A stretch of DNA of 64,000 nucleotides from the human T2T-CHM13v2.0 reference genome, Homo sapiens. The stretch lies in NCBI RefSeq assembly GCF_009914755.1, contig NC_060933.1; one strand, 5' to 3'. Of this stretch, positions 25,601 through 36,149 are shown piece after piece. Every line of letters starts with the position of its first letter. Positions within the stretch are counted from its first letter, which is position 1. A program made the translations under genes and the position numbers. The notes under the pieces are model-generated. The model saw only the letters and a list, made by a program, of their open reading frames with translations. It had not been told where the DNA came from and searched no databases.

Positions 25601-28600
25601 TGTTCTTAGTTATTTCTTGTCTTCTGTTAGCTTTTGAATTTGTTTGCTCTTGTTACTCTAGTTCAATTGTGATGTTAGGGTGTCGATTTTAGATCTTTCC
25701 TGCTTTCTCTTGTGGGCATTTAGTGCTATAAATTTCTCTCTACACACTGCTTTAAATGTGTCCCAGAGATTCTGGTACATTGTGTCTTTGTTCTCATTGG
25801 CTTCAAAGAACATCTTTATTTCTGCCTTCATTCTGTTATTTACCCAGTAGTCATTCAGGAGCAGGTTGTTCAGCTTCCATGTAGTTGTGTGGTTTTGAGT
25901 GGTTTTTTTTTTTAAATCTTGAGTTCTAATTTGATTGCACTGTGGTCTGAGAGACTGTTTGTTATGATTTCTGTTCTTTTGCATTTGCTGAGGAGTGTTT
26001 TACTTCCAATATGTGGTCAATGTTAGAATAAGTGCAATTTGGTGCTGAGAAGAATGTATAATTCTGTTGATTTGGGTGGAGAGTTCTGTAGATGTGTATT
26101 ATTAGGTCTGCTTGGTCCAGAGCTGTGTTCAAGTCCTGAATGTCCTTGCTAATGTTCTATCTCATTGATCTGTCTAATATTGACAGTGGGGTGTTAAAGT
26201 CTCCCACTATTATTGTGTGGGAGTCTAAGTCTCTTTGTAGGTCTCTAAGAACTTGCTTTATGAATCTGCATGCTCCTGTAGAGGGTTCATATATATTTAG
26301 GATACTTAGCTCTTCTTATTGCATTGACCTCTGTACGTAATGCCCTTCTTTGTTGGTTTAAAGTCCGTTTTATCAGAGACTAGGATTGTATCCCCTGCTT
26401 TGTTTTGCTTTCCATTTGCTTGGTAAATATTCCTCCATCCCTTTATTTTGAGCCTATGTGTGTCTTTGCATGTGAGATGGGTCTCCTGAATACAGCACAC
26501 TGATGGGTCTTCACTCCTCTTTATCCAATTGGCCAGTGTGTGTCTTTTAATTGGGGGCATTTAGCCTATTTACATTTAAGGTTAATAAGGTTATGTGTGA
26601 ATTTGATCCTGTCATTATGATGTTTGCTGGTTATTTGACTATTAATTGATGCAGTTTCTTCCCAGCATCGATGGTCTTTACAATTTGGTGTGTTTTTGCA
26701 GTGGCTGGTACCAGTTGTTCCTTTCCATGTTTAGTGCTTCCTTCAGGAGCTCTTGTAAGGCAGGCCTGGTGGTGACAAAATCTCTCAGCATTTGCTTGTC
26801 TGAAAAGGATTTTATTTCTCCTTCACTTATGAAGCTTAGTTTGGCTGGATATGAAATTCTGGGTTGAAAAGTCTTTTCTTTAGGAATGTTGAATATTGGC
26901 CCCACTGTCTTCTGGCTTGTAGGGTTGCTGTCGAGAGACCTGCTGTTAGTCTGATGTGCTTCCCTTTGTGGGCACGCCGACATTTGTCTCTGGCTGCCCT
27001 TAACATTTTTTCCTTCGTTTCAAGCTTGGTGAATCTGATGATTCATTGTGTGTCTTGGGGTTGCTCTTCTCGAAGAATATCTTAGTGGTGTTCTCAGTAT
27101 TTCCTGAATTTGAATGTTGGCCTGTCTTGCTAGGTTGGGGAAGTTCTTCTGGATAATATCCTGATATCCTGAAGAGTTTTCTCCAACTTGGTTCCATTCT
27201 CCCCTTCACTTTCAGGTAAACCAATCAAAGTAAATTTGGTGTTTTCATATAGTCCCATATTTCTCGGAGGCTTTGTTCATTTCTTTTTACTCTTTTCTCT
27301 AATCTTGTCTTCATGCTTTATTTCATTGAGTTGATCTTCAATCTCGGACATCCGTTCTTCCACTTGATTGATTTGGCTATTGATACTTGCGTATGCTTCA
27401 CGAAGATCTTGTGCTGTGTTTTTCAGCTCCATCAGGTCATTTATGTTTTTCTCTAAACTGCTTATTCTAGTTAGCAATTCCTCTAACCTTTTTTCCAGGT
27501 ACTTAGCTTCCTTGCATTAAATTAGTAACATGGTCCCTTAGCTCGGAGGAGTTTGTTATTACCCACGTTCTGAAGCTGACATCTGTCAATTTATCAAACT
27601 CATTCTCTGTCCTGTTTTGTTCCCTTGCTGGCGAGGAGTTGTGATCCTTTGGAGGAGAAGAGGCGTGCTGGTTTTTGGAATGTTCAGCCTTTTTGTGCTG
27701 GTTTCTCCCCATCTTCGTGGATTTATCTACCTTTGACCTTTGATGATGGTGACCTTCAGATGGGGTCTCTGGGTGGACGTGCTATTCCTTTCTGTCTGTC
27801 TGTTTGTTATTTTCCTTCTAACAAACACCCAGGCCTCTCTGCTGTAGGTTTGCTGGAGGTCTATTCCAGACGCTGTTTGCCTGGGTATTATCAGCAGAGG
27901 CTTCAGAACAGCAAAGATTGCTGCCTATTCCTTCCTCTGGAAGCTTCATCCCAGAGGAGCACCTGCCAGATGCCAGCCAGTGTTCTCCTGTATGAGGTAT
28001 CTGTCAGCCCCTACTGTGAGGTGTCACCCAGTCAGGATACATGGGGGTCAGGGACCCACTTGAGGAGAGAGTCTGTCCCTTATCAGAGCTCGAACACTGC
28101 ACTGGGAGAAATGCTGCGCTCATCAGAGCTGCCAGGTGGGGATGTTTACGTCTGCTGAAGCTGTGCCCACAGCTGCCCCTTCCGCCAGGTGCTTTGTCCC
28201 AGTGAGATGGGGGTTTTATCTGTAAGTAAGTCTGTGATTGGGGCTGCTGTCTTTCTTTCAGAGATGCCCTGCCCAGGGAGGAGTAATCCAGAGAAGCAGT
28301 TGGCCTTGCTGAGCTGCAGTGGACTCAGCCCTGTTTGAACTTCCTGCTGGCTTTGTTTACACTGTGAGGGTAAAACAAACAGCCTACTCTAGCCTCAGCA
28401 ATGGCAGATGCCTCTCCCCTCACGAAGCTCGAATGGCCCAGGTGGACCTCAGACAGCTGTACTCGCAGTGAGATTTTCAAGCCAGTGGATCGTATCTTGC
28501 TGGGCTCTGTGGGAGTGGATCGTATCTTGCTGGGCTCTGTGGGGGTGGGACACACCAAGCCAGGCACTGGAGGGAATCTCCTGGTTTACCAGTTGTGAAG

Positions 28601-28880
28601 ACTGCGGGAGAAGTGCAGTATCTGGGCCAGAGTGTACTGTTCCTCGTGGTACAGTCTCTCACGGCTTCCCTTGGCTAGGAAAGGGAAATCCCCTGACCCC
28701 TTGTGCTTCCTGGGTGAGGCAACGCCACACCCTGCTTTAGCTCACCCTTTGTGGGCTGCACCCACTGTCCAACCAGTCCCAATGAGATGAAATGGGAAAC
28801 GCAGAAATCCCCTGCCTTCTGTGTCAATCTCACTGGGAACAGCAGACCAGAGCTATTCCTATTCAGCCATCTTTCCAGCT
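22658..28880 (-). mobile_element. Full-length (~6.2 kb) decayed L1PA (L1PA6-8-like), same strand as PTPRD
   Basis: Poly(T) at 22658-22672 and 3' UTR. ORF2 fragments (24308-25063 RT; 25063-25371). ORF1 fragments (26678-26983 ...TTRPALQELLKEAL; 27503-27712 MGRNQ...). The 5' UTR ends at aagatggctgaatagg. Many frameshifts. Confidence 0.95.
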
Positions 28881-29051
28881 CTTGTAAGTACATTGTTGTT
28901 TGTTTAGACCTAATGCTATTGCACACTAAATAGACTATAGTATAAAGTAAACACAACTTTTATATGCACTGGGAAACCAAAAAGTATGTGTGACTCCCTT
29001 TATTGTGGTAATCTGGAACTAAACTCCCATAACGTCTCTGAGGTATGCCTG
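28881..29051 (+). mobile_element. Tigger1 3' end, separated from the 5' part by an L1 insertion
   Basis: taatgctattgcacact...gcactgggaaaccaaaaa...tctctgaggtatgcctg followed by TA. Confidence 0.88.
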
Positions 29052-30137
29052 TATTTGATTCCATGTGTCATTTCCTACAAGCTCTTTGGTTGGTTTGCAA
29101 AGGATGTTTAATAACTCAATAGAAAGTAGAAAGCAAATGTACATAGATAAAGGTTTGCTTCTTATAACATGCCTGAGAAACAAAGGATGCTAGAAGGGAC
29201 TTTAAACCTCAGCTAAGATAACTGAAGTCCAGAGAAACTTCATTATCATAGAGCCAAATAATAGAATTGAGATTAGAACACAGCTATCTTAGCCCAAGTC
29301 TAATATTTGTCCTATTTTGAGATCCTGCCTTCTATGTCGTAAAGAACTATAGTTTTCTTTGATGTGCTGAAGCAAAATATATTTTTTAATAAACTCTCTC
29401 AAGAGTTTCACCATAAAAAGATTAGATGTCAAGTTGCCAGAACCCTAAAATATATTAGTTTAAATAAAATTAGATGAATTGCTTTTGTTAGAAGGTTTTT
29501 GCATAGCAACTTCCAAAAACACTAAATTTATGGTGAATGTCTGAACTATTTACTTGCTATTTATTTCTATTAACTTCAATGACTTGAGTTATAAAATGCT
29601 CTAGAAACTATTGAAAATAATTAACTTGAAGGTGCTTCATTTTCTGATATAGCAACAATTTTCAAGCAAATTGCATTTTTTAACTGAGGTACCATACTAA
29701 GCACTTATTGACTGGCAGAACTTAATATTGTCATTAGGATTTATTTGATAGCTATTCATGAGGTTTTCACAAACAGAAGAAAGACAGTTATCAGTGCATT
29801 GCTATGAAAGCAAAAGCAAATATGAAATGATTAACAACGAATTATTACTAGGGGAGGTACCAACAATTCCCATTAAGGTAAAATTGGTAATTTGGTTTGT
29901 CTAATAGGAAGCAAATTTTTTGGGGGATAAACATTTTTTTGGGGCTAAACATTTTCCTCTGATTATTTTCACTTATTTTCACTTTATGAAAAGAAAGAGA
30001 AATCAATCCTGCTTTAAGTTTTGTAATACATTGCCAAGAATAAAATTTCAAATAAGCAAACTTACTACAAAAAGTGTATACAGACAATGAAGAAACACCA
30101 CCACTTATCACTGCTTTATTCACAAATGGAAACTTAC

Positions 30138-30292
30138 CTGCAATGGACTGAAATGGGTCCATCTTGGCCAAACTGTTCTTTTGTTTTATGGACTTGGCCG
30201 ATGAAGTCAATAAATCCTTCTCCGGACTTTGGCACTCCTTGCTCTGGCCAGTCAGTGAACTGGAACTGCCTTACTGTTCGGGACTGGCCGTC
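30138..30292 (-). CDS. PTPRD: PTPRD coding exon (155 nt): D2 WPE loop and VHC
   Basis: ttctaaag|GAC...TGC AG|gtaagt. Translates [51 protein letters not shown](S). Confidence 0.97.
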
Positions 30293-31974
30293 CTTTAGAA
30301 GGAAAGCCACATACCCGGCCGCAAAGGAAGACGCCAGGAGGATTCAGCAAGCATACGGACCACAAGAACAATCATTTTCATTTCCCGAAAACAAAAAGGG
30401 TAGAAAAAGTTAGGAACATGTTTAAATAGAAACTTAGTTATGGTTTATCTGCTATAAATATTGTCCACACTCACATACCTTTAAATCCTAAATTTATTTA
30501 CTCTTGAAATCCTAAATTTATTTACTCTTGCAGTGCCCAGTTAAAAACCTGGTTCTCGTTAGTAGCCATCCACATAGTTCCCCCATTAACAAATGTTTCT
30601 GAGACCCAAAGTGGGGGTTCGTAACCATTCATCATGTCTGCATTCCTTCCAAAATGGAACATATAAAATGGAACATATATATTCCATTTCAAAAATTTCA
30701 GAAACTAATTACTTTGTAATAAATATTGAAACAAGCACCTAGGCATGTCATCCAGACCAGAGCTTTTGCAGTTGTCGCAATAACTTCACATCTGCTGTGC
30801 TTGCGTATTTCTACCGTTGTCAAATGACAAATGGTGAAATTTAAAGTATCTGACACAAACCCGGTAGTTGCTGTTAACCTGGATGCCCCCCATGTCTCAG
30901 AGGAATACCATTTCTAGCCATGGCAGGGGACATAGCATGAACCATATGACTGTGCTGTTAAGTGGGAAGTAAAGCATCCCTCAAGGATACCAACGACTAT
31001 TAGCAAACAAATGCCCTTTTCTGAAAAAGAGCTCTCCCTGGCTGACCACAGGAATTAACAGTCTGTGGAGAGCTTTAACATAGATAAACCAAAAGGTAGA
31101 AAAAAAAGCCAGATTGAAGAGCAGTCTTTCTTTTTTAGAGTGATTAGGTAAAACTGCTCTGACTCACGAAGTATATCTGGGTTGAAAAGAAGACACTAAG
31201 GCATTTCTGATCTTCTGATCCCTTGTGGAAATTTAAGGTGTTTCTAGAAGTACAAGAAAAGTGGAAGGGAGCCTCTGTTTATAGAAGCAGAAATAATACA
31301 TTGCCCATCAACCTTCTCCCCTGACTCATCAGCAGAGAGAAATAATCCAAGCTTAGAGAGACCGATCTCATTTCTCATTTGAAGAGGTCCTACTCCTAAA
31401 TGGTCTCTTCTCATTAAAGAGCCTTCAACTTGTTCCTCCATTGTTTCTGTTAACACATTATTTCCTCATCAAACTTTTTTTAGATACACGTGTGCATGTT
31501 CCCAAGGTTCTGGGTAAGTGAACAGGGACTCAATCCTTTATCATTCACTCATATTGAGAAGAGAGAGGATCTCAGTGTGAGATGAGCACTCATCACCTCG
31601 CCTGGTGGTTTTCACAGGGACATGCCAGATTCCTGACTGATGTTATTTGGGGATGGAGATAAACAGGAAGATGACACCAAGTGTGTGGGAATACTGAGAA
31701 ATAGAGAAAACTATTTGGCCCCATAAGTACTTTATGGATGGTTACCATGGAAGCATGATTTACTTCCCTCTGTTTCTGGAAAAGATTTGGAAAGCACAGG
31801 AAGGAGACCCAGAAGCTAGGTAATACAGATTTATTCTCCTCTGAATGTCCTGGGGATTTCATTTCTGACCACAGTTGCTTTCAATAGCAAGAAGAGGTCA
31901 TGTGTGCAAATACCTTCTATTTGGAGGAGAGACTGCCTGACTTCATTTAAAGGTTACCTGTTTAACAATACTGT

Positions 31975-34900
31975 AATTTTCAACCCAGAATTGCATATCC
32001 AGCCAAATTAAGCTTCATAAGCAAAGGAGAAATAAAATCCTTTACAGAAAAGCAAATGCTGAGAGATTATGTCACCACCAGGCCTGCCTTACAAGAGCTC
32101 CTGAAGGAAGCACTAAACATGGAAAGGAACAACTGGTACCAGCCACTGCAAAAACATACCAAATTGTAAAGACCATCAACGCTATGAAGAAGCTGCATAA
32201 TTAATGGGCAAAATAACCAGCCAGCATCATAATGACAGAATCAAATTTGCATATAACAATATTAACCTTAAATGTACATGGACTAAATGCCCCAATTAAA
32301 AGACACGGACTGGCCAATTGGATAAAGAGTAAAGACCCATCTCACACGCAGAGATACACATAGGCTCAACATAAAGGGATGGAGGAAGATCTACCAAGCA
32401 AATGGAAGGCAAAAAAAAAGAGCAGGGGTTGCAATCCTAGTCTCTGATAAAACTGATGACTTTAAACCAACAAAGATCAAAAGAGACAAAGAAGGCCATT
32501 ACATAATGGCAAAGGGATCAATGAACGAAGAAGAGTTAACTATCCTAAATATATGTGACCCCAATACAGGAGCACCCAGATTCATAAAATAAAGCAAGTT
32601 CTTAGATACCTACAAAGAGACTTAGACTCCCACACAATAATAATAGGAGACTTTAACACCCCACTGTCAATATTAGATCAATGACACAGAATATTAGCAA
32701 GGACATTCAGGACTTGAAGTCAGCTCTGGACTAAGCAGACCTAATAGACATCTACAGAACTCTCCACCCCAAATCAAGAGAATATATATTCTCAACACCA
32801 CATTGCACTTATTCTAACATTGACCACATAATTGGAAGTAAAACACTCCTCAGCAAATGCAAAAGAAAGAATGGAAATCATAACAAACGGTCTCTCAGAC
32901 CACAGTGCAATCAAATTAGAACTCAAGATTAAAAAAAAAACCACTCAAAACCACACAACTACATGGAAGCTGAACCACCTGCTCCTGAATGACTACTGGG
33001 TAAATAACAGAATGAAGGCAGAAATAAAGATGTTCTTTGAAGCCAATGAGAACAAAGACACAATGTACCAGAATCTCTGGGACACATTTAAAGCAGTGTG
33101 TAGAGAGAAATTTATAGCACTAAATGCCCACAAGAGAAAGCAGGAAAGATCTAAAATCGACACCCTAACATCACAATTGAACTAGAGTAACAAGAGCAAA
33201 CAAATTCAAAAGCTAACAGAAGACAAGAAATAACTAAGAACACTACAGAACTGAAGGAGATAGACACACGAAAAACCCTTCAAAAAATCAATGAATCCAG
33301 GAGCTGGCTTTTGGAAAAGATCAACAAAATAGATAGAAAAGACAGAAGACTCAAACAGACACAATAAAAAAGGACAAAGGGGAAATCACCACTGATCCCA
33401 CACAAATACAAACTACCATCAGAGAATACTATCAACACCTCTATGCAAATAAACTAGAAAATCTAGAAGAAATGGATAAATTCCTGGAGACGTACACCCT
33501 CCCAAGACTAAACCAGGAAGAAGTTGAATCTCTGCATAGACCAATAACAAGTTCTGAAATTGAGGCAGTAATTAATAGCCTAGCAACCAAAAAAGTCCAG
33601 GACCAGATGAATTCTACCAGAGGTACAAAGAGGAGTTGGTACCATTCCTTCTGAAACTATTCCAAACAATACAAAAAGAGGGACTCCTTCCTAACTCATT
33701 TTATGAGGCCAGCATCATCCTGATACCAAAACCTGGCAGAGACACAACAAAAAAGAAAATTCCAGGCCAATATCCCTGATGAACATCGATGCCAAAATCC
33801 TCAGTACTGGCAAACCGAATCCAGCAGCACATCAAAAAGCTTATCCACCACGATCAAGTCGGCTTCATCCCTGGGATGCAAGGCTTGTTCAACATACACA
33901 AATCAATAAACATAATCCATCACATACACAGAACCAATGACAAAAACCACATGATTATCTCAATAGATGCAGAAAAGGCCTTTGGCAAAATTCAACACCA
34001 CTTTGTGCTAACAACTCTCAATAAACTAGGTACTGATGGAACGTATCTCAAAATAAGAAGAGCTATTTATGATAAACGCACAGCCACTGTCATAACGAAT
34101 GGGCAAAAACTGGAAGCATTCCCTTTGAAAACTGGCACAAGACAGGGATGCCCTCTCTCACCACTCCTATTCAACACAGTATTGGAAGTTCTGGCCAGGG
34201 CAATCAGGCAAGAGAAAGAAGTAACGGGTATTCAATTAGGAAAAGAGGAAGTGAAATTGTCTCTGTTTGCAGATGACATGATTGTATATTTAGAAGACCC
34301 CATTGTCTCAGCCCCAAATCTCAAGCTGATAAGAAACTTCAGCAAAATCTCAGGATAAAGAATTAATGTGCAAAAGTCACAAGCACTCCTATATACCAAT
34401 AACAGCCAAATCATGAGTGAACTCCCATTCACAATTGCTTCAAAGAGAATAAAATACCTAGGCATGTGAAGGACCTCTTCAAGGAGAACTGCAAACCACT
34501 GCTCAAGGAAATAAGAGAGGACACAAATGGAAGAACATTCCATGCTCACGGATAGGAAGAATCAATATCGTGAAAATGGCCATACTGCCCAAGGTAATTT
34601 ATAGATTCAATGCCATCCCCATCAAGCTACCAATGACTTTCTTCACAGAATGGGAAAAAACTACTTTAAATTTGACATGGAACCAAAAAAGAGCCCACAA
34701 AGCCAAGACAATCCTAAGCAAAAAGAACAAGGCTTGAGAGATCATGCTACCTGACTTCAAACAAGGCTACAGTAACCAAAACAGCATGGTACTGGTACCA
34801 AAACAGAGATATAGACCAATGGAACAGAACAGAGGCCTCAGAAGTAACGCCACACATCTGCAAACATCTTATCTTTGACAAACCTGAGGGAAAACAAGAA

Positions 34901-36149
34901 TGGGGAAAGGCTCCTCTATTTAATAAATGGTGTTGGGAAAACTGGCTGGCCATATGCAGAAAACTGAGACTGGATCCCTTCCTTATACAAAAATTAACTC
35001 AAGATGGATTAAAGACTTAAACCTAAGATGTAAAATGATGAAAACCCCTAGAAGAAAACCTAGGCAATACCATTCAGGACATAGGTATACACAAAGACTT
35101 CAGGACTAAAACACCAAAAGCAATGGCAACTAAAGCCAAAAGTGACAAATGGGATCTAATTAAACTAAAGAGCTTCTGCAGAGCAAAAAAAAAAAAAAAA
35201 AACTACCATCAGAGTGAACAGGCAACCTACAGAATGGGAGGAAATTTTTGCTATCTATCCACCTGACAAAGGGCTAATATCCAGAATCTACAAAGAACTT
35301 AAACGAATTTACAGGAAAACAACAACCTCATCAAAAAGTGGGCAAAGGATATGAACAGACACTTCTCAGAAGAAGACACCGATGCGGCAGACAAACATAT
35401 GAAAAAATGCTATCACTGGTCATTAGAGAAATGCAAATCAAAACCACAATGAGATACCATCTTACACCAGTTAGAATGGCGATCATTAAAAAGTCAGGAA
35501 ACAACAGATGCTGGGGAGGATGTGGAGAAATAGGAATGCTTTTACACTGTTGGTGGGTGTGTAAATTAGTTAAACCACTGTGGAAGACAGTTTGGTGATT
35601 CCTCAAGGATCTAGAACCAGAAATACCATTTGACCCAGCAATCCCATTACTGAGTGTATACCCAAAGGATTATAAATCATTCTACTATAAAGACACATGC
35701 ACACGTATGTTTATTGTGGCACTATTCACAATAGCAAAGACTTGTAACCAACCCAAATGTCCATCAATGATAGATTGGATAAAGAAAATGTGGCACATAT
35801 ACACTATGGAATATTATGGTGAGTGAGTATTCCATAAAAAAGGATGAGTTCATGTCCTTTGCAGGGACATGGATGAAGCTGGAAACCATCATTCTCAGCA
35901 AACTAACACAGGAACAGAAAACCAAACACTGCACTCAAAAGTGGGAGTTGAACAATGAGAACACACGGACACACGGAGGGGAACATCACACACTGGGGCC
36001 TGTTGCGGGTTTGGAGTCTAGGGGAACGATAGCATTAGGAGAAATACCTAATGTAGATGATGGGTTGATGTTGCACCAAACCACCGTGGCACATGTATAA
36101 TTAAATTATGTAACAAACCTGCATGTTCTGCACATGTATTCAGGACTTA
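31975..36149 (+). mobile_element. 5'-truncated L1PA (ORF1 C-terminus through 3' UTR), antisense to PTPRD
   Basis: Starts aattttcaacccagaat. ORF2 fragments at 32832-33185 and 33789-34358 (LFADDMI). 3' UTR runs to cacatgtattcaggactta. Confidence 0.95.

Noticed and set aside
27625-28158. 177-aa plus-strand ORF
   Set aside because: Antisense reading of the L1 5' UTR/ORF1 start, with a non-ATG start and no recognisable domain. It cannot be supported as L1 ORF0 from the sequence alone.
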